Below, one piece after another: positions 25,970-38,086 of a DNA stretch of 64,000 nucleotides; position 1 is the stretch's first letter, and every line of letters begins with the position of its first letter. Made by a program: the position numbers and the translations under genes. The DNA comes from Octopus sinensis. Lineage: Eukaryota. Under the pieces are notes generated by a model. The model saw only the letters and a list, made by a program, of their open reading frames with translations. It was not told where the DNA came from and made no database searches. The DNA lies in the NCBI RefSeq assembly GCF_006345805.1, contig NC_042997.1, positions 206,336,001 to 206,400,000 of the forward strand, read 5' to 3'.

Positions 25970-26200
25970 GGCGGTGAGCTGGCAGAATCGTTAGCACACC
26001 AGGCGAAATGCTTAGCAGTATTTTGTCTGCCGTTTCGTTCTGAGTTCAAATTCCGCCAAGGTCGACTTTGCCTTTCATCCTTTCGGGGTCGACAAATTGA
26101 GTACCAGTTATGCAAGGGGGTCGATGTAATCGACTTAATCCCTTTGTGTGTCCTTGTTTGTCCCCTCTATGTTTTGCCCCTTGTGGGTAGTAAAGAAATA
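25970..26200 (+). mobile_element. tRNA-derived SINE, near full-length; same family as the 115-bp satellite
   Basis: A-box-like ggcggtgagctggcagaatcgttag, B-box-like gagttcaaattcc, and a central gcctttcatcctttcggggtcga...gtaccagt domain resembling Meta/MESC-type SINE cores. Further copies at ~45980, ~48668 and ~49043. Confidence 0.8.
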
Positions 26201-26389
26201 TATATATATATATATATAGCAGAGTATTGTAGATCGCTTGAAGCGTTGTGTATTGTTTATGAAATATAAAGTGTCTTGAATGGCGCAACAATGCAGAGTG
26301 GACTATAATAACTAATTATAATTTAATTATCCATAGTCTGATATAATATTTTGGAATACAAAAATTCTTTCTTCAGATATCGCTAGAAA

Positions 26390-27100
26390 TTGATCTGATC
26401 AAGTCACTACTATAATCGGTTCTCCGATGGTTACTGAATTTTTTTTTTTTTTGGAAGTGTCTCTGCAGTGGTCTCATGAAGCTCCTTCTGGAGTTCCTCA
26501 TTAGAAGTGCATGAGGACGGCTATGTCTCAAGTGTATTGGCATATCTGCAGCGGTGCTTCTAAGTTATGTATTATACGTGCAATCATGAGCATGTTACCA
26601 GAAATGAACTTACTCGCATCCAGATGTAGCTAAATAATATATTCTTTGCTAATTTCCAGCCTGTTGTTAATTTGGGGTGCTAGTCTTTCTTTGAAAATAG
26701 CTTCCTTAATTCTTAAATTACCCAAATTTCTTTCATTGGCCTCAGTTGTGACTGTTATGCTTCTGCCGGTATTCCGGCATCTGTCTAGATGTTTTCTGAA
26801 AAAGGAGGCTCTCGTGTTCAGATGTTCTTTGATGTGGCCGTGTAACAGTCTTGTTGTGCCACCCACATAGAACTTGTTGCATCTGTTACATTATGTTCTA
26901 TACACAACATTTAGCCATTGGCATAAATCTGTGTCATGGACGGGGCAGTTAGCTAGTGTGCATTGATTGCTGTCCCTTGCTCATTTCTTTGCAAGGTGTC
27001 CTCTCAGAGAGGGGCCGGAGTGGGCTAGCTGTATGTCTAATCCTTCTCTTCTTATGGTTCTTCAGGTGGCTGTAGTTATCCTCTCACTGTAGTTATCCAG
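26390..27100 (-). mobile_element. Penelope-like element 3' fragment (GIY-YIG endonuclease)
   Basis: 'CNRCNKFYVGGTTRLLHGHIKEH...LRIKEAIFKERLAPQIN' on the minus strand, 26630-26890. Confidence 0.75.
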
Positions 27101-27224
27101 TTGAAAATTCTGGGCATCCTGTTAGCAAATGAAGTGCGTAATGGTGATTAAATAATATCAATAAATATTCCAAATGTCTGTTTTGTTATATATATGTGTA
27201 AAGTAATGTAAAGTCTTGTGTAAA

Positions 27225-27540
27225 AAGGGTAAAGACCCCCCCCATCCTTCGGTCATGAATGACCATGGATTGCACCTAGAAAGCTTCCCTCCAAAGCAGA
27301 AGTCTAGGCAAGGTTGTTTTGTGGGAGAGGAGCCAGTTGCCTATGCATACCAGTTTCTCTTTTCCATACCATGCCCAAGAGAAAAGACTGATACAGGTTG
27401 GCACCAAGTGATGCTGCAACTCATTTCTACTGCTAAGTGACTGGAACAATGTGAAATAAAGTGTCTTTCTCAAGAACACAACACAGGAATCAAACTCGCT
27501 ACCTTATGATTGTGTGTCTGATGCTGTAACCACTGAGCCA
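27225..27540 (-). mobile_element. tRNA/CORE-like SINE with RTE-type tail
   Basis: Minus-strand head tggctcagtggtt...gagtttgattcc and CORE-like segment (plus strand: aagtgtctttctcaagaacac). Confidence 0.6.
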
Positions 27541-28989
27541 GGTGTACAACCAAAATTGTCCACATTTTAGAGTCAGCTTTAAACCTTTGTATCTCAGGAA
27601 TGCTTAAAGATAACTTAATGAAACTATCAGAGGTTTTTCCAATGCTATTGGACTCTACTTTGAGTAAGAAAAATGTTAATTACTCACAAAACTTACCAGA
27701 AGTATCGTTATGAAGTTGATTATGGACGAAAATGACATTTTCATGAATAATTAACCATAGCTTTGGATGGAGATCTCATAAAGGATTGGAATAAATTTTA
27801 AATGGAAGCTTAAAATTTTATTTCAAAGTGCCTGAGAAAATTCTAACCCAAATTCTATCTTTTAGGCATCAAGAGTTTCTCCTCTTTTGGCAATGCCTTC
27901 CTCACCCCACTTCCTGACCATACCACAAGCTTTCTTAATGAATTCTTCATCAATGTCTTCCTCCTACGTCCTACATCATAGGGTTTTTGAGGGTTTGAAG
28001 GTTACTGTGGGGCTTCTCACAAGTTTTTCTAACCAGTTCATTCTAGATACTGAAGTCTAAAGGGTTAAAATCAGGTGATGAAAGGGGTCAAGTGTTCCTA
28101 TCCCCAAAATTTTTGTACCATTGCATTTGTGTGAAAAGGAGCTTCATCTTGCTGGAATGTAAATTTGAAGTCCTTAATGATTTGGGGTTTCCCTTGTTTC
28201 TTGCTTCTTGATTCACAAAGAATCCAGGTCTTTACATCTTTCAAAACCTGAACATAACAAACTCCTATCAGTCTCTCAGCCTTATCAAACATGATCAGTG
28301 GCATCTTCTTACCATCAAAGGCTGTACAGGCGAAAATCATCACCTTGGCAGAGCTTGTGCACCTGAAAATGACTCCAGGATTGTTTCACTTTGTTCAAGA
28401 TCCTCTCCAACCTTCTAACATTTTGTTCTGGAGTAACAAGATACCTCATAGGTCTCACATGCGATTTCATTTTCAAGTCCCTTATCACTGCTCTTTAAAC
28501 TGTCATAGCTGAAACTCCTCTCTCATACGCTAAGCATCTTTTGGATTGAGTTGGATCTGTTCTGATTGATCTCTTCAGCTCCAGATTGAAATGATGAGCC
28601 CTCTTGTGGATATGACCTCCAGATCCAGTTTTTTCCTTCCACTATCCCCACTTTCTCAAACTTATTAACAATTCTCTTGATGGCTCTTGAATGGACATTG
28701 AAGATAGAAGCCAGAGAATGAATGTTTGTACCATTACTTAAGAGCTGGATGATCTTAGCCCTTTCAACATTGATCAGTAAGGAAGACATGGTGAGGTTGG
28801 CACAAACGATTTCAGCCTGTTCTAGCTAAGTATCTCAATGGATATTTCACTGATTCTTACAAAAACTTGTGTCAATATGGCCAGACATCTTATTTGGAAA
28901 ACATGGGAAATTGCAAATCGATTAGTTTATTGGTTTGGGGAAGTTTTAAGAATTTGTGAGTGTAACAGTTTTGCTGATACACCCTGTAT
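27539..28989 (-). mobile_element. Tc1/mariner-superfamily transposon relic (maT-like; third catalytic residue appears to be D)
   Basis: HTH-like N-terminus 'ERAKIIQLLSNG...LASIFNVHSRAIKRIV' (28523-28789), 'FQQDEAPFHT' and 'SSPDFNPLDF'. Imperfect TIRs beginning cag(g)gtgta at both ends. Confidence 0.75.
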
Positions 28990-29475
28990 ATAGACTATTG
29001 TGAATGTCTTGTATTTATATACTCTACTTTGTATGCGTAGATGGATGTAAGCAAGCTGTATATAAACTGAGCGTCATATAAACACTTTCTGTATACAATA
29101 TGTGTTGGGGACAGGAAAAGATTGTTTGGCTGGACCCGTTCCTTTTCTTCTTTCTCCTTTTATCTATACCTACAGTGTTGGGTACACATCTGCAGATATA
29201 CTCTGTAGGACAGTATATATAGCATTGCAGTAAAGCACTGTTGACATACCAGTAATTCACTGGGATTTACTCAAAGCCAGTCTGTTTCAACAGAAATGTT
29301 CTTCCTTTGTTTTAAACAGTTTTGAAAATAATGAGGAATTAAGTAAAATCGGTTTGTCATTATTAAGCTGGTGTTTGGACACAACATGGAATCTTGACTA
29401 ATTTTTTACTGTTACATAGAAAATCAATTATGTTTTTGATTGAGTGATGATAAATTATTTGTTTGTTTCTAACAG

Positions 29476-29530
29476 AAATTTAATGAATATTTCCAAGAAA
29501 TTCTGGCAAATGGTTCTGCTGCATAATCAG
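29476..29530 (+). CDS. PARP14-like short exon KFNEYFQEILANGSAA* (in-frame TAA, then phase-1 donor)
   Basis: ttctaacAG acceptor and CAG|GTAAAT donor. In frame with the 25596-25823 exon and homologous to the 19909 exon. Confidence 0.65.
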
Positions 29531-29599
29531 GTAAATTGTTTTTTTTTTACTTTTGTTGAATATTATTTGGGAAGAAATTAGTGCCATTTGTCAGCAGTT

Positions 29600-29902
29600 T
29601 TGATTTTATAATGTTGACCAACAGAGGGACCACTATTCTAATTGACAGTACCTCGGTAGATAAAGCAATTAAGGGTATGAAGATAGGGAAAGCCCCCGGC
29701 CCATCAGGAATCACTACTGGGATGCTTAAAATATTTGACAGTGTAGGCTATAGTCTAGTCACTTGTATAGTCAACAAGGTGATACGTGAAGGAGTCATAC
29801 CTAAAGACTGCTGTAGCAGCACCATAGTCAACTACAACAACGGTAAAGGTGATGCATTAAATAGGATTAATTACAGAGGTATCAAATTGTTGGGTCAGGT
29901 AT
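29600..29902 (+). mobile_element. RTE family A RT fragment
   Basis: 'KAIKGMKIGKAPGPSGITTGMLK...NYRGIKLL'. Confidence 0.85.
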
Positions 29903-29904
29903 AG

Positions 29905-30532
29905 ATCATTCTAAGTCTTTTCATCTCTCCAAATATTTTTCCAAAAGTTTTTAACTTCTTCCATGGGAGTGAGGTCTTCAACAGTTATTTTCTCCTCTGT
30001 AGAATGTTTTCAGCTTGGATGTGAACAGCTTATTTTGCTTGTAAAACTTGTTTCTCTTCTCAAATCTTCATATTCATTGAGCTTTTGCTTGGAATTTTTG
30101 TTGCAGTGTTTCTTTGACGGAAAGCGGTTCTCTTGGCAAGAATTTACATTTCCTTTCATTTTTCTTCCTTTTTTTTTTTAATATTATTTTTTACTTTTAA
30201 TCTGCATGCTTGTTACAATCACTTGCCAAGACACACCCAGTTTTCTGGGGCAAGTAAAGGATAAGAGATGTTACAGTATGATTGAAATCTTGGGGAGAAG
30301 TGACAAGGGCAGTTCCAAAATAACTTCATTTAAATGGATAGGGTTTATCTAAGGATGTGGGCAGTACTTGTCACCACAATCTTTTGGATTTCTCTGAGAC
30401 ACAGTTCTGGAATCTTATTGAGATGTCTTTTAGGGCACCTACAATAACAGGAACAGTTCTCGCTTTAAGATGCCACATCTTTTGTATTTCAATTTCCAGG
30501 TCTTTATATTTACTTAATTTATCAAATTCCTT
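29905..30532 (-). mobile_element. R4/Dong-like non-LTR fragments (pre-RT region and restriction-like endonuclease) abutting a (TAT)n tract
   Basis: Minus strand reads 'PMEEVKNFWKNIW' (~29930-29965) and 'KLSKYKDLEIEIQKMWHLKARTVPVIVGAL' (~30430-30520). Confidence 0.65.
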
Positions 30533-30655
30533 TATTATTATTATTATTATTATTATTATATTTTATTATTATTATTATTATTATCATTATTATCATTATT
30601 GTTATTATTATCATCATTATTATTATAATTATTATTATTATTATTATTATTATTG
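30532..30655. repeat. (TAT)n/(CAT) microsatellite
   Basis: Directly visible. Confidence 0.95.
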
Positions 30656-31344
30656 CTTTCATGGAAATTTGAAGCTCCGTAAGTTGAAATATTGTTTGTA
30701 ATCTTTTTGGCCTTCTAAGGCCCAGTTGTTTTCATTTTATTCTTACTATTACATTTCTGAGATTGTCTGGACTGCACAGATAGTAATTTTGTGTAGAAAC
30801 CACCCTGTTTTGCAGGGGGTGCGCATCAATATTTAAAAAAAATCTTAACAACATTTGGAAAAAAATAATATTTTGCTGTTTGTATTATTCAGTTTAAGAT
30901 AGCTGATAAAGAAGCCATCATAATGTTCAACAAACATAGCATTCCTCGTCAGAAATAAATGAGGGCCTAAACTTAATGACTTCACTAAGGCAAATAATGT
31001 TTCGTCTCTAAGCAACGTCAAAACAACAGCAACAGCAGTGAGAAAAACAACAACAAAAATATGAAAGAAATGAAACATAAAAATGTGAATATAAAATGTG
31101 AATGTTTCTTTTGTGTTTGCAGTGAGAAATATGGAAAATATGGCAAGAAAAATTGTAAAAAGAGATGGGAGAAGGATAACACTAAACCCTCCATCTGACG
31201 TGATAGAGAACATCATAAGATGCACAGTAACATACCGCTGCATTCGGGTTAAGTCACGCTGGATGGAAAATGCTCTTGACAGCGAAATACAAAAGTATTT
31301 CAGGTGTGTGTGGAAACAAAAGATCACTTGAGGAAAGTTGTTTG

Positions 31345-31555
31345 GAACTATCAAGTGTCCCTGATGAACCAACTTCACAGCAGGAAGTGCAGATGGGGGC
31401 AGCAGCATCATATTTCCCCTCATTCATCAAATGTCAATTTCTAAAAAGAGTTAGAAAAGTAAAATTATGTAGCGACACCAAATGGCAGTGCCCCAGCATG
31501 GCCACAGTGCATAAGCTGAAACTAGATCAAATCAAATCAAAAAATAAATCAAATC
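31345..31555 (+). mobile_element. Short 3' end copy of the CR1-type family found at 33.4-37.4 kb
   Basis: 'VPDEPTSQQEVQM' matches the ORF2 C-terminus 'VPDEPTSRQEVQM'; both share the cagcatggcc..ag...gctg(a/g)aactag tail. Confidence 0.75.
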
Positions 31556-31572
31556 ACATATATGTATGTGTG

Positions 31573-32005
31573 TCATCATCATCATCATCATCATTTAACG
31601 TCCGTTTTCCATGCTAGCATGGGTTGGACGGTTCAACTGGGGTCTGGGAAGCCAGGAGGCTGCGCCAGGCCCAGTCTGATCTGGCAGTGTTTCTACAGCT
31701 GGATGCCCTTCCTAATGCCAACCACTCCGAGAGTGTAGTGGGTGCTTTTTATGTGCCACCTGCACAGGTCCCAGACGAGGCTGGCAAACGGCCACGATTG
31801 GATGGTGCTTTTTACGTGCCACCGGCATGGGGGCCAGACAAGGCTGGCAATGGCCACAATCAGATGGTGCTTTTTACGTGCCACCGGCACGGAGGCCAGT
31901 TGGGGCAGCACTGGCAACGGCCACGTTCGGATGGTTCTCTTACATGCAACCAGCACTGGTATCTCAGCTACAATTTCCATTGATGTTGAACAATTTCGAT
32001 TTTGA
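31573..32005 (-). mobile_element. RTE family A 3' UTR copy with (GAT)n tail
   Basis: Closely matches 9985-10460. Confidence 0.88.
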
Positions 32006-32015
32006 TTGTGTGCAT

Positions 32016-32074
<59 letters not shown>

Positions 32075-32129
32075 GTGTTTGTATTTATATATTTGCACCA
32101 TTCACAGACTTGGTCTCTGGCATTCAGCT

Positions 32130-32618
32130 AGCTGTCCTATAGGAATTTCCAGCTACCTTCTATGTCCGAGGACTGTAGCTCCTCCTCGCTCTCATCAAAT
32201 TTCTTGATGAGGATATCCCTAAATCTCAGACCATGTGAAGGGTTCTTTAGCTTCCAAATCCTTCTTTTCTGGATTGGTCTGCTTCTTGGCATCCTTCTGG
32301 CCTCGAGTTTAAAGTCACTATTGACTAGTCTATGCTGGGGGTACATTCCATACCTGAGAGGGTCTTTGTATTTAAGAAGCAACCCTGCGTCCCGCTGTCT
32401 GGTGAGGATGAAATCAATCTGGCTAGCAGAGTCACCTGATTGATAGGTTATCAGGTGGCTATCTGGTTTCCTGAAGTTAGTGTTGCAGATTAAAAGGTTA
32501 CATGCATCACAAAACTCCAGTAGCCTAGTTCCATCTTCTTTTCAGGAACCAGTACCATAAGGCCCATGTACACCAGTGAAGATACCGGATTGCTGTCCAA
32601 CATGCCCATTAAAGTTCG
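32130..32618 (-). mobile_element. RTE family A EN fragment
   Basis: 'PQHRLVNSDFKL' and an upstream 'NFNGHVG' EN motif on the minus strand. Confidence 0.8.
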
Positions 32619-33029
32619 CATCTAACTGTTGCAAACAAAATTCTGTACTACAAAATTTTGTTTGCAACAGTTAGATGCAAACTTAACCGTAGTCTGATCA
32701 GCATCTTCCCTCATGTTTCTTGAAATTTATATCCACATCTTTATGAGTAGATTTACCTTCTCTGAGATGTCAATAATTAATTTAAGAACTTTGTATTGTT
32801 GGAAAACATATATAGTCTGCTTGGAATCTTACTTCAAGTTCCTGGAACTCACTTCTGTAACTTTATAAGGATATTTACACTCTCTAAGATGATTGGAAAA
32901 CCTATATGAAATTTAGCTCAAGAGTACTTGACATTATATTTGCTGTAATATTTGCAGCTTTAATAAAATGTTTATAGTATGAAACAATTGTACTAAACTA
33001 CCGATCCATTCTTGTTGCTTATTTTTTGG

Positions 33030-33235
33030 TTATATGTATATATATATGTGTGTATATATATATATATATATAATATATATATATATATATGTATACATAT
33101 ACATATATATATATGTATACATATATATATATATGTATACATATACACATATATATATGTATACATATACACATATGTATACACATATGTATATACATAT
33201 GTATATACACATACACATATGTATATGTATACATA

Positions 33236-33327
<92 letters not shown>

Positions 33328-33356
33328 ATATACATATATAATATATATATATATAT

Positions 33357-33394
<38 letters not shown>

Positions 33395-33415
33395 TTTATT
33401 TATTTATTTTTTTTT
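33030..33415. repeat. (TA)n/(CATA) microsatellite; similar tracts at 32018-32073, 38810-38848, 39058-39217 and 40050-40095
   Basis: Directly visible. Confidence 0.95.
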
Positions 33416-36400
33416 CTAGTTCCAGCTCAGAGCTGCGGCCATGCTGATGCACCTCCGTTTTGCTACACTGTTATTGCGACGAACCTCGTCTAATATGTGG
33501 CATTTGGTGAAGAATGGAGTTTGATACAGCTACTCTCATTTGCACCTCTTGCCGTGAGGTAGGTTCATCTGGGACTCTTGACAGGAAGATGTCCAGTTTT
33601 GATTTAAAAACCGCTACATTTACTTTGTGCAAGTTCCTCAGACTCTTTGAGAGAATATTAAAAAGCTGTGGGCCCTTGAAACCCAGGCTTTTGCAGAAGC
33701 TGGTCCTGAAGCATGATGGCATTGCTGGGATCTTTGGCACTGTGCCGCGTCGTCCCGTTCTGGCATTGGTGTAGCTGTCAATGCCAAAATTTGGCACAAT
33801 TCCTTCCAGGATCTTCCAGACATATATTACTGCATACCTCTCCCGTCTTCTCTCCAGGGAGTAGAGTCTTAGCTGTTTCAACCTTTCCCAGTAGCTGAGC
33901 TGTTGCAAAGAGACGATCTTCTTTGTGAATCTTCTCTGGATTGTTTCAAGGTCTGCTGTTAATTTTACACTGGTGGGTGACCATAGCTGTGAGCAGTAAT
34001 CCAGGCGACTGAGGATGAATGTCCGCCAGAGGACCATCATGGTTTCCTTATCTCTGGTTCTGAATGTTCTTAGGATCCATCCAGCCAGTCGTCTGCACTT
34101 TATCGCCATCCTGGTAATGTGCACTTGGAAAGAGATATCATCACTCATGTAGATACCCAGGTCCCTCACAGACTTAGGCTCTGGGATTGAAATTCCCTGT
34201 GGACCAGTGTATCCTGTAAGTTTAATATTCAGTTTTGGATGCTGGTAGCGCAGGGCCTGGAATTTTTCAGCATTAAACTGCATATTATTATCCTCAGCCC
34301 ATCTGTAGATTGAGTCCAACTCCTGCTGCAGGTGTGCAACATCGCTGGGGTTCTGTATTTTCTGCGAGACTTTCGTATCATCTGCATAGCTGGCCAGAGT
34401 GGCTATCCGGGCATTTGAGGGCATATCTGAGAGGGCCACTATAAAAAGCAGTGGTCCCAAGACAGTGCCCTGTGGAACACTGCTCACTATTTGTGTGTTC
34501 ATAGAGGTGGCTCCATTAACCACTACTGCCTGATTCCTATCTTTCAGGAAGTCATGCAACCACACTCCAAGTTTTCCAGCTATCCCGAGGTCACGTAGTT
34601 TGTGGCATATCATACCATGATCCACCTTGTCAAAAGCTTTTGCAAAATCAAGGTAGATTGCGTCCACTTTTGATTTGTTGAGTTACTGCCTCAACACCCA
34701 GTCATAATGCTGTAAGAGCTGGGTCAGGCAGCTCCTACCTGGTGGAAAACCATGCTGGGTATCACTCAGCAAGTTATTTTCCTCAAGGAATGCGATTAGT
34801 TTCTTTCTGACTATCCGTTCCATGACTTTGCTGATGTGTGAAGTCAGAGAGATAGGCCTATAGTTTTTGGCATCTGCTCTACTTCTCCCTTTATGTATTG
34901 GGCATATTATTCCCTCCTTTAGCTTGCTTGGCAGTTTGCCATTCGCAAGAAAGCTCTGGAAGAGAATCTTGAGGGGTTTTGCCAGGGCATGCTTACACGC
35001 TTTGAGGAGGATGGCTGGGAAACCGTCTGGACCAGCAGCTGAGTTTGTGTCCACTTCATCTATGGCTAGTAGGACATCTTTTTCGCTAATGTCAATACAT
35101 TCTATTGTAACCGCCTCGCTGGTTATAGGTGAGGCGGCAAAGAAGTCCACTGGTTCGTTCACTTGTCTGTGTTCCAACGGGGTGGTAAAGACACTTTTGA
35201 ACTGGTCATTCAGCATCTCACTGATCATAGTTGGACTGTCTGTGAGGGAGCCATCCTTTTGGAGGAGGGGTCCTATCTTGTAGTGCACTGAGACTGTTTC
35301 TTTCGCTTTGGGTTTGATTTAATGTTTTTTATAACCCAGGCTTCTTTGTCTGCTTTCTCCTTCACATAGGATTGTTGCAGCCTTTTTTCGATCTCCATCA
35401 GTGTTGTTTTTAGGCGGGACTTTTCGCTACTTTTGGGATGTTGGTTGAGACGATTTGCAACCTTCGTCCGTCGTGTCATGAGGATCTTCCTGTCTCTTGG
35501 AATCTTGCTCCTATTTGTTTTGGCCTTGTGCTCTGGGACATATTTCTGGCATACGGCTTGCACAGAAGACATGAAACATTCTAGTTTCATGTCAATGTCT
35601 GGTGTGGAGAGACATTCCGGCCAGTCCTCTCTGAGGATCTCTTTTTGGATCGATTTCCAATCTGCTATGTGGAAGTTCAGATTGGAGAGATTTCGGGTGC
35701 TTCTTTTAGGCTGTATGTCTCTGGTTACTTTCGGCCCAAACATAGACAGCTCTATTATGTTGTGATCCGAAACTGATGTCGGTGTCACTTTCACATCATG
35801 AATGATGTCCATATTGTTCGTGAAGCAGAGATCCAGAATGTTATTCGCCCTAGTTGACTTGAGTACAACTTGCTCCATGAATAAAGCATTGGTGAGGTTG
35901 AGCAGTGACTCCACATGTAATTGCTTGCAATGATTCATTCCTGAGAGTATGTGACCTTCGGGCCATTTGACGTTGGGGAAGTTGAAATCACCCATAAGAA
36001 ATATGGTCACGTGGTGTTCCAGATTCATGAGGATTTCTTTAATTCTTGTGAGGCAATCTTCAAACTTGCCTATGTGATTTGGGGCATCTGGTGGGCAATA
36101 TGTATTGCATATGACTATATTATGTTGTCTTATATATACAATTAAGGTGTCACATACCGAATTTGAGTATGTCATCAAGACCTGGGGTGTGAGGTCATCT
36201 CGGATGTATACAGCAACTCCACCATGGCTCCTTTTCCTTCTGTCTGTTTGCAGTATGGTATAGTTTGGTACGTGTACTTCTGCATCCTCTATATCAGGGC
36301 TGAAGTGAGTTTCCACGAGTGCCATGCATAGGGATTGATTGCATGCAGTAAGATCTCTCAGGAAAGAAATTTTGTTTCTATTTTGATGCAACAGGCCCCC

Positions 36401-37400
36401 AATATTTAGTAAAAGTATTGGGGTGACGACTGTGCAGGCATCAGGGGAGGCCATCCCATGCCTGTTGACTGTGGTGGTCTTGCATAGTGGTGGGCAGGGT
36501 TCCTTCTCTGTGCTTGGTGTAGCCAGGTTAGCTGCCGGACAATTCTTTCCGCCATGCATAAAAAAGACTCTTTCTCAGCTGCTGCGTTGCGCAGAACATC
36601 TGAGGAGCGCACTTCGTTTTTGAAAGTTTTCCTAGGAGACATTTCTTGTGTTCCCTCGGTAAAGTTTTTCTCTTTGAGTCCCCTGAAGTTCTGGCAGGGT
36701 GTCGGGTGGGCGAACCGGCAGTTTTTGCCGTCCTCACCATGCCAACATTTGCCCCGCAGGTAGAACTTACAGGTTCTTCGGTGCCTTCCAGATTTCTTCT
36801 TTCCTGAAGTGTACTGGGTGGCATTGGATCCTCCATGGGGTTCTCTGCTGTTTGTGTGGTGGGTTGGGGTTTCAGCTTTAGTTGTTTTGCCTTTTCCTCC
36901 GTTTCCCTCCTTATTTTTGTTTTCAGTCCTTCCTTTTTTCTTCTGTTTTTCTAATTTTTCATTTCTTCGTTGGACCACTGGTATGGGGGGCTTCCGGTCT
37001 CTGCTCCCTTGGCTTCCCTATCCTTCACTACCTGGTCGTTCACCGGGGTAGGTGATCCATTTTCCTGAGGAACCCCTGGATCACAGAGACTTCCGGCTTC
37101 CTTCTCTTTTTCGTCCTCTTCATCCTCATCAGCTTTGCCACAATAATTTTCAATTATGTTGTCCAGTGTTTTGATGTGTGGTCTTATAAGCATGTAAGAC
37201 CGGATAAACTCATTTTTCTTCCGCTCTCTCTGGTCAATGGTTCTATGAAAACCATTGTTTTTTAGTGCGGCAGTGATGATGTTGTTCGGCGGATCGCCTC
37301 TAGCAATCGTCCATGCTCTCAGCAGAAGATTTTACTCTTTCTTTTCCCACTTTGGTGCCATCTTCGTTTTGCGGTCCAGAGGGGGAGTAGAGGCTAGAGA
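33393..37400 (-). mobile_element. Near full-length CR1-clade LINE: ORF1 (CCCH finger) and ORF2 (APE EN + RT), lightly disabled
   Basis: ORF2 pieces 35273-36559 (EN: 'LNIGGL...LVETH...MGDFNFP...ILDLCFTN...SDHN'), 34683-35288 and 33471-34667 ('YLDFAKAFDKVDH...VPQGTVLGPLLF...YADDTK...YWERLKQLRLYSLERRRER'). (AAAT)n tail at ~33393-33415. ORF1 starts at ATG 37361. Confidence 0.92.
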
Positions 37401-38025
37401 GGTAATGAGGGATAGAGAGAGGTAGAGACGGAGAAACACAGAGGGGGGAAATGGGGAAAGAAAGATGGAGATAGGAAGGAAAGAGAGAGGTGCTATGAAA
37501 GAAATTGAGAGGGTGATAGGAGGAAAGCAAGGGGGTGTGGTGTGTTAAAAAGATAGAGGAAGGTAGGGGAGGGAGAGAGGAAGGGAATAGGAGAGACAGA
37601 GTGAAAGAGAAGGAGGCAGAGTGAAGGAGAGGAGGGGAAGAGAAACAGAGGAGAGGAGAAGATAGCAAGAGAAAGAGAGACAGAGTGAAGGAGAGACAGG
37701 ATGAAGGATGTGAGAGACAGGGAGAGACGGAGTGAGAAGAATGGGCGGATGAGAAGTATATGAGAGAGAGGGTGAGGTGATGAGAGGAGAGGTAGATGTG
37801 AGATGGAAAGGAAAGAGAAATGAGAGAAGAGGAGGATATGAAAGGGAGGAGGGGAGATGAGAAAAAGAGTAAGATATACAAGAGAGAGGGAAAGGGTAAG
37901 CGTAAAGAGAGAGAAAGGAGCTGGAAGTAGGAGAATATATGTAAAGGAGGAGAGAGGGGGTAGAAGAAAGTGAGGAAATGAAGGAATTATTTAATTCTAA
38001 ACTAATTACAGGAAAATAAACATAT

Positions 38026-38081
38026 GAAAGCGATACAGAATTTGAAAGAAAGTTATTCTCAGAATGTAAACAAAGATGGCG
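38026..38081 (+). promoter_or_regulatory. Motif cluster: IRF-like GAAAGCGATA, STAT/GAS TTCTCAGAA, forkhead GTAAACA, YY1-like AAGATGGCG
   Basis: Motifs at 38026-35, 38056-64, 38066-72 and 38073-81. Function is inferred only. Confidence 0.3.
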
Positions 38082-38086
38082 TCGTA

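Noticed and set aside
25970-26060. tRNA gene
   Set aside because: A/B-box-like motifs only, with no cloverleaf; it is a SINE head present in several decayed copies.
32993-33493. Tyr/Ile-rich ORFs (also 30357-30701 and 38959-39528)
   Set aside because: Translations of (TA)n and (TAT)n microsatellites.
37380-37980. 193-aa Ser/Leu/Pro-rich ORF (and the 20084-20768 ORFs)
   Set aside because: Purine/pyrimidine low-complexity tracts with no domain signal.
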